Shown: positions 59,801 to 64,000 of the stretch, one piece after another
Position numbering within the stretch: the stretch's first letter is position 1
Layout of the letters: each line of letters begins with the position of its first letter
Origin: Octopus sinensis
Taxonomy: Eukaryota
Assembly (NCBI RefSeq): GCF_006345805.1
Contig: NC_042998.1
Location: 125,488,001 to 125,552,000 of the forward strand
Length of the DNA stretch: 64,000 nt
Direction: 5' to 3'
Position numbers and translations under genes: made by a program
The notes under the pieces: generated by a model
Told to the model about the DNA's origin: nothing
What the model saw: the letters and a program-made list of their open reading frames with translations, nothing else
Database searches by the model: none

Positions 59801-62384
59801 ACATGCACTAAAAAGACATTCAGAACAATGATATTTTTGGTAATTTAAAAAATTTTTCATTAAAGTTTTAGTTAAGTTAGTGCTAATATACTTAATACAG
59901 GGAGTGTTAAAAAGATAGTGCTTTGCTGATGAGGTCACACAAAGACTGAAATATATTTGGAGTTGTCTTTTTTACTTTACAAAGTTTCCTCCCACCCCAT
60001 ATAGCCCTAGTTAGTTTTTTAATACTCCTGCATTAAATATGTAAACATAACTATTGTTTTATATGTAAATTGTAAATGACTTCTCTGAATAATTTATTTT
60101 CTATATATTTCGAGCCTTGATCAAAACACCTTATAAGGCTATTATATATTATAGAAAGGACAATTCCCAGAGCTACTTTAAACTTTTTAAAACTGATGAA
60201 ACAGAACACATAGATAAACTGGTGTGGTTAGTGAGGTTAATTTGCAGTGTATATTGCTGCAGGTTAGTAATTAGGAGAAATATAGACAAAGAATAAATAC
60301 AAGATAGAAGAATTAACGTTTAGTATTGGGGTCTGAGGAGCAAGATACAATAGAGCTGACAGGAGGAGTACAGGTGATTGTGCTGGGTGTTCTATGCAGT
60401 ACTGGCATTGAAATATTGAGTTCAGATGAATAAAAGCTTTCTGAACTAGTAATGAAAGAAGAGACAGAAGGCAAACAAAGCTTGGTGACAGGTAGAGTGG
60501 TTGGAAAGTCAGTGAGTATAAACATTCTCTTTAATGTAATATAGAATGAGTAAATACATGTGAGCATGATCCTAAATGAACAAGCATTATTGTACTGTGG
60601 AATTCATTTTGGTGAGACAGCTGCATTATTGCAGGTGAACCTCAACACGTGGTTGCATTATGCCAAGCATGCAAATAGTGTTGTAGTATGGACTATGTCT
60701 GAGGGGATAGTTCCTCTATCCTAAATGTGTGGAAAGTATAGTTGTGTGTGTGTGTGTGTATTTGATGCTAGAGTTTACCTAAAATAATTTCTCATAAAAG
60801 CAATGAGTCTCACTTACCTGGCATGATAACCTCTGGAAAGCCAATTTTACGAGATATTGCTGTCCCAGGTAAAACTAAATGTGGGTAATCATCCCAGATC
60901 TGCATGTAAAAACATATAAATACATATCATCATCATTACCAAAATAACTTCTAACACATGCAAAATGTCACAAATTTTGAGGAGCAGTTAAATCAACCGT
61001 AGGAATTATCCCAAAAGAATGAGAGGAAAATTCAAGTAGTTAAGGTTACTTAACTTTCCTCTTTTCACATTGTCAGTAGCTCTCTGTCTTCTTTATTTGT
61101 TATTTTACTTTTGTATCATCATGCTTCAAGCAAACTACAATGCTCTTCACTCAGAATGTAAAGAATCATAACTAAAAACTGCAAGTATTTTTTAAAGTTT
61201 TTGCTTCTCTGCCAATTATGCCAACCACAGTGTTTAATAAAACAAAACTATATAATCATACATATAAAGCTGAGCCCCAGCATGGCCACAGTATAATGAC
61301 TGAAACAAGTGAAAATTGAAAGATAATCATCATAAGTATGTATATATAATCAAAACTCTAAACAAGCTGTGGGATCAATCTAAGCTGATAGCAAATTTTT
61401 TAAAATGCCAATTTGGATAAGTTTTAATAAAAATGTTGATTTATTGTTGATTTTGAGCAATATTATCATTTAAAACTGACAATTCCTCTCTACACTCTCA
61501 TTCACTGTGAACATATCCTCTTTTCCTGTTTCATCTGGATACTTCCCCACCTCCTATCAATCTCAGAGGCCATGTAAAGGGTCATGGGCATTGCCCTTCG
61601 TCTTGATTGAGCAATAATAAAATACATTAATGAAATACACACACACATACATATAAATTATAGTCTTTTATACATTTTCCATCAACAAGTTCTATTCAGA
61701 TGGTACTGGATAACCTGAAATTATAGTAGCTAATATGTTGGCTAATATAGTTGGCTAATATGCTGTGCAGTGAAATTGAACCTGGAAGTGTGTGATCATA
61801 AGATTAACTTCTTAATAATACTTCCACAATTACATTATATTTAGTTTCATTCTGCTATATTTTGTGTTTAAGGTCTACTTTTACACCAATGAGGCCTATC
61901 ACTCTCTTCATTCACAAAATGCAATTAGCTTCTTTGTAATTTTTATCAGAGGATAACAAAAGTTCTGCAGCTAAGAATGAGAGCTCTTATAGAAGGGTCT
62001 CTGGACTCATCACATATAAAAGAAGATAGGTTGCTGATTCAAGGAGCAGAAAATGCCCAAGCAGGTGAAATCTGCAACATTGTCAACAACAAGCCTCCAC
62101 CCGAATACCACTAAAAAAAGTACATCTAGAAATCCTCTGGACATCATTAAAAAAGAAGGAAAACATCAATGAAAGGTGTGGACAGATGATGGAGAAATGA
62201 AGCAGGACCCAGAATATATGCAGTGGTGGACTACTTGCAGGGTAGATGTAGAAGATAATTTACCTGTTGTGAATCTCCTTCCAGCACTTTAATGGAAACC
62301 CACACACCTTGGCCTTTATGATCACTTTCGCGTCCACTTGTAATTTTCTTTATCACAGTTTCAAGAAATTCTCTTTCACCACAC
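491..62384 (-). CDS. DOCK1: DOCK-A family Rac guanine nucleotide exchange factor (DOCK1/DOCK180/myoblast city-like); 40 coding exons in window, 5' and 3' ends outside window
   Basis: The spliced minus-strand exons give ~1477 uninterrupted codons with GT-AG boundaries and matching phases. Peptides follow DOCK1/2/5 as I recall them: [88 protein letters not shown], and PPPLPEK..ADY.N. HKGQG.WV and the C-terminal motif favour DOCK-A over DOCK3/4; orthology among DOCK1/2/5 is not resolvable by eye. Confidence 0.93.
1972..2011. repeat. Perfect 17-bp inverted repeat with 6-nt loop
   Basis: AATACAAAGCACCTGGC-AAGGAA-GCCAGGTGCTTTGTATT. Confidence 0.95.
2095..2236 (-). CDS. DOCK1: DOCK exon 39: [23 protein letters not shown]...SNVSNTL
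   Basis: 142 nt to donor TTAG|GTAATT; phase 1 matches exon 40. Confidence 0.85.
2382..2613 (-). CDS. DOCK1: DOCK exon 38: (E)[16 protein letters not shown]...[15 protein letters not shown]
   Basis: 232 nt; strong pyrimidine tract, open frame, higher GC/CpG than flanks, phase fits. Confidence 0.85.
2910..3615 (-). mobile_element. Decayed, internally deleted mariner of a second family
   Basis: Minus strand reads [17 protein letters not shown] and FFHQDNA...[16 protein letters not shown] with stops. TIR-like TATTGAGTCATCCCATAA at 3615-3598. Confidence 0.75.
4634..4737 (-). CDS. DOCK1: DOCK exon 37: [34 protein letters not shown]
   Basis: 104 nt, tag|...|GTAAGT; Ser-rich; supported by phase rather than homology. 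Confidence 0.8.
5326..6619 (-). mobile_element. Full-length mariner DNA transposon (1294 bp)
   Basis: TA flanks at 5324-25 and 6620-21. TIRs CGAGGGGCGTTCAATAAGTAATGCCCCTGACCCACTT / AAGTGGGTCAGAGGCATTACTTATTGAATGCCCCTCA. Internal transposase. Confidence 0.95.
5399..6452 (-). pseudogene. Mariner transposase with two frameshifts
   Basis: HTH region ([17 protein letters not shown]...PRSGRP), [35 protein letters not shown], and KRWEKCI..GSSYV. Frame breaks at homopolymer runs near 6262-6270 and 5618-5622. Confidence 0.92.
7409..7540 (-). CDS. DOCK1: DOCK exon 36: [44 protein letters not shown]
   Basis: 132 nt; end of DHR-2 (H.....P.H..M...F pattern). Confidence 0.93.
7604..8460. mobile_element. 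5'-truncated RTE-type LINE with inverted 5' segment
   Basis: 7604-7950 minus strand encodes [13 protein letters not shown]...[10 protein letters not shown]. 7950-8460 plus strand continues [11 protein letters not shown]...ESVL..AE...[14 protein letters not shown]. Confidence 0.85.
9076..9168 (-). CDS. DOCK1: DOCK exon 35: [31 protein letters not shown]
   Basis: 93 nt, phase 0-0, strong splice sites. Confidence 0.92.
9699..9872 (-). CDS. DOCK1: DOCK exon 34: [14 protein letters not shown]...[21 protein letters not shown]
   Basis: 174 nt; DHR-2 lobe C with the nucleotide-sensor valine. Confidence 0.97.
9960..10046 (-). CDS. DOCK1: DOCK exon 33: [29 protein letters not shown]
   Basis: 87 nt; MW.ERT and LPGILRWF (DHR-2 lobe B). 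Confidence 0.97.
10412..10484 (-). CDS. DOCK1: DOCK exon 32: [25 protein letters not shown]
   Basis: 73 nt; VNEVQ.F.YSR motif. Confidence 0.93.
10528..10870 (-). mobile_element. RTE LINE 3' end / LINE-derived SINE with (GAT)n tail
   Basis: CATCATCATTTAACGTCCACTTTCCATGCTGG...GGATGCCCTTCCTAACGCCAACCACTC, shared with other copies in the window. Confidence 0.8.
10925..11006 (-). CDS. DOCK1: DOCK exon 31: [27 protein letters not shown]
   Basis: 82 nt using the acceptor at 11007-11008, the only nearby one that keeps frame. Confidence 0.9.
11007..11238 (-). other. U12-type (minor spliceosome) GT-AG intron, 232 nt
   Basis: Donor GTATCCTTT at 11238-11230. Branch-like TTTCTTTAAC at 11026-11017, ~11 nt from the terminal AG. 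No polypyrimidine tract. Confidence 0.92.
11239..11293 (-). CDS. DOCK1: DOCK exon 30: [18 protein letters not shown]
   Basis: 55 nt; PGDDIK.SP.Q motif; followed by the U12-type donor GTATCCTTT. Confidence 0.93.
11712..11798 (-). CDS. DOCK1: DOCK exon 29: [29 protein letters not shown]
   Basis: 87 nt; [13 protein letters not shown]...FP.AE motif. Confidence 0.96.
12659..12763 (-). CDS. DOCK1: DOCK exon 28: [35 protein letters not shown]
   Basis: 105 nt; YF.V.YYG.GFP.FL motif. Confidence 0.96.
12904..12993 (-). CDS. DOCK1: DOCK exon 27: [30 protein letters not shown]
   Basis: 90 nt; WE..I.LCKELA..YE...FDY motif. Confidence 0.96.
13386..13640 (-). mobile_element. Young copy of the same RTE 3' tail with long (GAT)n
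   Basis: (CAT)n-CGTTTAACGTCCG...; CpGs retained. Confidence 0.85.
14509..14628 (-). CDS. DOCK1: DOCK exon 26: [40 protein letters not shown]
   Basis: 120 nt; LKE.LY..I.YF.KGK-like motif. Confidence 0.95.
15884..16015 (-). CDS. DOCK1: DOCK exon 25: [44 protein letters not shown]
   Basis: 132 nt; start of DHR-2 lobe A. Confidence 0.97.
16365..16569 (+). mobile_element. SINE family A copy (related copies ~17762-17960, 38430-38625, 38645-38860, 39065-39180, 40150-40320, all minus)
   Basis: Shared GAGTTCAAAT..GTCAACTTTGCCTTTCATCCTTT..TAAAATAAGTACCAG..CTGGGGT. Confidence 0.75.
16932..17088 (-). CDS. DOCK1: DOCK exon 24: [20 protein letters not shown]...[25 protein letters not shown]
   Basis: 157 nt; RLL.YR and RMSC.VN.L motifs. 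Confidence 0.96.
18143..18480 (-). mobile_element. RTE 3' tail copy with internal tandem units
   Basis: Same family motifs as 10528 and 13386. Confidence 0.8.
18727..18812 (-). CDS. DOCK1: DOCK exon 23: [28 protein letters not shown]
   Basis: 86 nt; LD..VEGG.GD..Y motif. Confidence 0.95.
20258..20358 (-). CDS. DOCK1: DOCK exon 22: [34 protein letters not shown]
   Basis: 101 nt; [17 protein letters not shown] as in DOCK1. Confidence 0.97.
21203..21274 (-). CDS. DOCK1: DOCK exon 21: [24 protein letters not shown]
   Basis: 72 nt; [14 protein letters not shown] motif. Confidence 0.96.
21588..22690 (-). mobile_element. 5'-truncated RTE LINE: ORF2 C-terminus, 3' UTR minisatellite and (GAT)n tail
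   Basis: Minus-strand peptides [23 protein letters not shown] and [13 protein letters not shown]; contiguous with the shared tail. Confidence 0.88.
23164..23222 (-). CDS. DOCK1: DOCK exon 20: [20 protein letters not shown]
   Basis: 59 nt; Y.DMRR..GFEIR.MW motif. Confidence 0.96.
24447..24661. mobile_element. Mariner-derived MITE
   Basis: Inverted termini CTGAAAAGTTCCTGGCTTT / AAAGCCAGGAACTTTTCAG. The interior resembles a mariner transposase C-terminus ([16 protein letters not shown]). Confidence 0.75.
24773..24873 (-). CDS. DOCK1: DOCK exon 19: [33 protein letters not shown]
   Basis: 101 nt; LW..FF..AV.FLTQ..LQLE.FS..KR motif. Confidence 0.96.
25057..25350 (-). mobile_element. RTE 3' tail copy
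   Basis: Same family motifs. Confidence 0.8.
26134..26206 (-). CDS. DOCK1: DOCK exon 18: [25 protein letters not shown]
   Basis: 73 nt; phases fit both neighbours. Confidence 0.9.
26331..26524 (-). CDS. DOCK1: DOCK exon 17: [19 protein letters not shown]...DFLTEIL...[15 protein letters not shown]
   Basis: 194 nt; DFL.E and NVY..DW..M..QN motifs. Confidence 0.95.
27016..27102 (-). CDS. DOCK1: DOCK exon 16: [29 protein letters not shown]
   Basis: 87 nt, phase 0-0; resembles KLLRTVNRTVISM. Confidence 0.9.
27870..27997 (-). CDS. DOCK1: DOCK exon 15: [43 protein letters not shown]
   Basis: 128 nt; CR.ILLP motif. Confidence 0.92.
28167..29147 (-). mobile_element. Young 5'-truncated CR1-clade LINE
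   Basis: Open frame of ~298 codons: [60 protein letters not shown]. Short 3' UTR and (CTAA)n tail at 28167-28188. GC/CpG-rich relative to flanks. Confidence 0.92.
29395..30472 (+). mobile_element. Non-autonomous piggyBac (1078 bp, internal deletion derivative)
   Basis: TTAA on both sides (29391-94, 30473-76). 12-bp TIR CCCTTTCGTTAC/GTAACGAAAGGG. Subterminal AAACCGCCCAAAGCCGCC occurs twice. Frameshifted N-terminal transposase remnant (acidic tract; TNRYA..PTT..EIKAY..I.IIMGI.KLP.I). Confidence 0.92.
30860..30966 (-). CDS. DOCK1: DOCK exon 14: [36 protein letters not shown]
   Basis: 107 nt; QK......VHS.LF motif. Confidence 0.92.
31150..32218 (+). mobile_element. Decayed RTE LINE 3' portion, plus strand, ending in (GAT)n
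   Basis: [21 protein letters not shown] and [12 protein letters not shown] remnants; CT-rich UTR; GATGATGAT tail at 32195-32218. Confidence 0.75.
33150..33220 (-). CDS. DOCK1: DOCK exon 13: [23 protein letters not shown]
   Basis: 71 nt; GAALKY motif. Confidence 0.94.
34117..34225 (-). CDS. DOCK1: DOCK exon 12: [37 protein letters not shown]
   Basis: 109 nt; phases fit both neighbours. Confidence 0.92.
34705..34833 (-). CDS. DOCK1: DOCK exon 11: [43 protein letters not shown]
   Basis: 129 nt; MK.LE.I.KFI.RSR.LF motif. Confidence 0.94.
35204..36900 (+). mobile_element. 5'-truncated RTE-clade (BovB-like) LINE in a (TA)n tract
   Basis: RT motifs [70 protein letters not shown]; C-terminal C2H2 (CSKC..H..RC). 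Two in-frame stops (35503-05, 36034-36). 3' stem-loop CCATTGTCTATCAAGACAGATGG. Confidence 0.95.
38212..38312 (-). CDS. DOCK1: DOCK exon 10: [33 protein letters not shown]
   Basis: 101 nt; DRK.Q.F.PVL.TYI motif. Confidence 0.94.
38430..38860 (-). mobile_element. Two tandem SINE family A copies
   Basis: CAGCAATT...CATTGACCCCAG...AAAGGCAAA..GAACTCAG..AAGCATTT occurs twice. Confidence 0.75.
40692..40781 (-). CDS. DOCK1: DOCK exon 9: [30 protein letters not shown]
   Basis: 90 nt; FLQD.LD.LF motif; donor GTGAGT. Confidence 0.94.
41690..42250 (-). mobile_element. Old LINE relic, same family as 52400-52730
   Basis: Frameshifted ..IN.HL.QHLEFL.LNNNHYG.RKARSTG; DNA resembles 52630-52700. Confidence 0.55.
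42459..42565 (-). CDS. DOCK1: DOCK exon 8: [36 protein letters not shown]
   Basis: 107 nt; LLGLLKW and VDGEEIVK motifs. Confidence 0.95.
42824..43013 (-). CDS. DOCK1: DOCK exon 7: [20 protein letters not shown]...[14 protein letters not shown]
   Basis: 190 nt; ends DHR-1 with VCSTKLT; acceptor lies ~120 nt from the foldback element. Confidence 0.94.
43166..43256 (-). ncRNA. Minimal type I hammerhead ribozyme (left arm; sense to DOCK pre-mRNA)
   Basis: Exact reverse complement of 45003-45093: core at 43250-43244, GAAAC at 43183-43179, predicted cleavage between 43172 and 43171. Confidence 0.85.
45003..45093 (+). ncRNA. Minimal type I hammerhead ribozyme (right arm)
   Basis: Stem I UUUUAG(45003-08)/CUAAAA(45088-93); core CUGAUGA 45009-15; stem II GUACGGGACA(45016-25)/UGUCCUUGUAU(45065-75); GAAAC 45076-80; 2-bp stem III with GAUU loop; GUA triplet 45085-87. 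Confidence 0.85.
46639..46742 (-). CDS. DOCK1: DOCK exon 6: [35 protein letters not shown]
   Basis: 104 nt; DGTTL.D..HDL..YK motif. Confidence 0.96.
46924..46999 (-). CDS. DOCK1: DOCK exon 5: [25 protein letters not shown]
   Basis: 76 nt, tag|...|GTATGT; HL.F.F.HRSS motif. Confidence 0.94.
47222..47640 (-). mobile_element. SINE family B copy with internal (CA)/(TA) microsatellite (related: 57190-57542 plus; tails near 54875, 58480, 61270)
   Basis: Tail CCAGCATGGCCACAGTCAAATGACTGAAACAAGTAAAAGAATAAAAG; body GAAGACACTTGCCCAAAG..GAACC..ACCATGTGG. Confidence 0.8.
48164..48494. mobile_element. hAT (Charlie-like) MITE, 331 bp
   Basis: TIR CAGGGCTGGCCAAC vs reverse complement of the right end CAGGCCTGACCAAC (12/14). 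8-bp TSD CTTTAATA / CTTTAATG with central TA. Confidence 0.8.
49030..49440 (+). mobile_element. RTE apurinic-endonuclease remnant
   Basis: GILLAG...AFNGHTG...[29 protein letters not shown], broken by frameshifts. Confidence 0.75.
49476..49582. repeat. Compound (GT)n/(GA)n microsatellite
   Basis: Direct reading. Other simple repeats at ~2869-2908 (TA), ~18860-18922 (TC/CA) and ~45245-45278 (TA). Confidence 0.95.
51507..51605 (-). CDS. DOCK1: DOCK exon 4: [33 protein letters not shown]
   Basis: 99 nt, phase 0-0; DHR-1 motif YY...P.WFETVK. Confidence 0.96.
52400..52730 (+). mobile_element. Decayed non-LTR retrotransposon RT fragment, antisense to DOCK and ~70 nt from an exon donor
   Basis: [16 protein letters not shown]...KK...P...[23 protein letters not shown] (RT domain 0-2 pattern). 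Confidence 0.7.
52794..52918 (-). CDS. DOCK1: DOCK exon 3: [42 protein letters not shown]
   Basis: 125 nt; DHR-1/C2 signature; also inside ORF 52743..52937. Confidence 0.96.
57190..57542 (+). mobile_element. SINE family B copy
   Basis: Reverse-complement match to 47222-47640. Confidence 0.8.
58880..59411 (+). mobile_element. RTE LINE 3' portion with (GAT)n tail
   Basis: GTAGAGGGAACCTGTGGTAGA (VEGTCGR) through GGATGTTAAATGATGATG. Confidence 0.8.
60818..60899 (-). CDS. DOCK1: DOCK exon 2: [27 protein letters not shown]
   Basis: 82 nt, cag|...|GTAAGT; start of DHR-1. Confidence 0.95.
62264..62384 (-). CDS. DOCK1: DOCK exon 1 in window: [40 protein letters not shown]
   Basis: 121 nt, cag|...|GTAA; resembles DOCK1 KEVNHKGQGLWVTLKLL. 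Confidence 0.92.
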
Positions 62385-64000
62385 CTGCAATTTAGTAAAT
62401 AAATCCCATCATTTACTGAAGCAACAATATCATAAATATAAGAAATTTTGTTTATTATATCATTTATGGATTGGTGGGCTATAGAAATTTAGATATTTAA
62501 GTTACCAATAGACTTTTGACATTACCATTTGTCTTTCTCATCAGCAGTTCTTTCTCAAAGAGCTACTACTAAAATTTAAAAGTTTTTATCCATTCAATAA
62601 TTTTGTTAGGATTTATTCTATGTAAAATTGAATTTATTAATGTTTAAAACTATCAAACAACTCAAAGGTGGCCATATGATTCAATAACTTTGGATATTTT
62701 TGTTTTATTGCTTGTTGAATATCTCAGCAGAAAAATATCAAACAAATGCTGCTCCTACAATAAATTCACACATTCATATGTATCTTACAGCTACAAATAT
62801 AAACAGAGTGAGAATTGTAACTCCCCCCCAAAAAAACAACAAAAAAAACAAGACTGTACTCAGAATAAGCAAAGAAAAGCAGTACTATTAAAATAACCAA
62901 CAACCTTAAGAAAAATGCATTTGTAAGAAATCCAAAAGCAGTCAATTTTCCTTACAAATTTTTATCTTGCTATACCTCCTGAAACTAATTGACAATATCA
63001 GAATTAAAGCAAAATTCAACAATCAGGGTAGTTATCTACCTATACAATAGGAATATTCAAGAAATTCTATAGAATTAACATGAAGTATGTAAAGAAATGG
63101 AAAATATTCTGTTGTAATAATGACTAAGAAGGAGGGAAATGCTAAACTTATCGGTGACCATTTGAGAGAAAATCTTCAATAAACTACATTTTTTTAAAAA
63201 AAGGGAAAGGAAATAAAGCGAACCTAGAATAACACACTGGAAATAAAACAAGTTGACTTTACAAAATATTAAATGTATAATTATTAATACTAAATAATAA
63301 GTACTTTTAGGTGAAAATTGATAGATCAAGTATGTTGTTGCTTTCTGAATTGAGATGATAAAAAACATTCAAAGCATTTTTTTTTTTAAACAAATTGTCA
63401 TTCATAAAAATTAATTAAATAAAATGTATAGAATTAAATAATGACAAACAGACATATTTAAACTCTTATTATTATTAACATCATGATGTTGGTAAAGACT
63501 GGGTCTTTGGATTAGCTTGTGCCACATTGCTGTAATATTGCATTAATTCCTTTTAGGTCTACCATTGTATATAAGCTCTTATATGATATGATGGGAGTAT
63601 ATGCACAAGGAGCGAAGAGAAGAGATAATAAAAGCAAATTTAGTTCTCTACCAGAATATGAAGAAACTTGAAATACATGCTTCTCATTTTGGCCAATGAA
63701 AGAAATTGCGAAGAAAAATACAATATCTTCTTTTTATTGACAGACAAAAGAAATTTTAACAAAGAGACCTTTCTTTATATCAAAAACATAAACGAAAAAA
63801 CAAAAACAAAAAAGAAGTGATAACTTAAATTAGAACAAATGACAGCATTAATAGAGAAAACTGAGAAATCAAGTGTCTGGACTGGGTACAACAGACAGAT
63901 GTGAGAGTGCAGTCAGAGGGTTCAACTTATCAAAAGAATTAATCTTTAAAATACAATTTTAAAAAATTTGCTTGGAGAGAAAAGAACCTAAATATTTGTA

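Noticed and set aside
12480-62545. Other CTGATGA/CTGAAGA hits (~12490, 17190, 27315, 42050, 48805, 51915, 53727, 62540)
   Set aside because: None combines a paired stem II, GAAA, an NUH triplet and stem I. 27315 and 51915 might be very old relics but cannot be supported.
1-64000. Nested opposite-strand gene, tRNA/rRNA genes, CRISPR array
   Set aside because: All long plus-strand ORFs trace to transposons or simple repeats. No cloverleaf or repeat-spacer array was seen; the ~65-bp tandem units are LINE UTR minisatellites without unique spacers. Small intronic snoRNAs or miRNAs cannot be excluded by eye.

Overview
This is AT-rich eukaryotic genomic DNA, most likely from an Octopus species. That assignment is inferred from SINE/LINE tail sequences I associate with octopus genomes. 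The whole window lies inside one minus-strand gene for a DOCK-A family Rac GEF (DOCK1/DOCK180, myoblast city, CED-5 type). I traced 40 coding exons from 62384 down to 491 (4432 nt) with consistent splice phases and no in-frame stop. They cover DHR-1/C2, the ARM repeats, DHR-2 and a C-terminal PPPLPEK motif; both ends of the gene lie outside the window. One intron (11007-11238) is a U12-type minor intron. The introns hold many mobile elements: a full-length frameshifted mariner, a non-autonomous piggyBac, hAT/mariner/Tc1 MITEs, young CR1 and RTE LINE fragments, an RTE-type LINE with a twin-priming inversion, and many SINE/LINE tails. The most notable feature is a ~2 kb foldback at 43136-45123 with two nearly identical ~800 bp arms. 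Each arm carries a complete minimal type I hammerhead ribozyme of the Penelope-like-element kind. One copy is in the sense of the DOCK pre-mRNA, ~157 nt before a 3' splice site, and its antisense partner is transcribed just ahead of it. I found no tRNA, rRNA or CRISPR array. All coordinates were counted by hand; repeat boundaries are approximate unless TIRs or TSDs are quoted.
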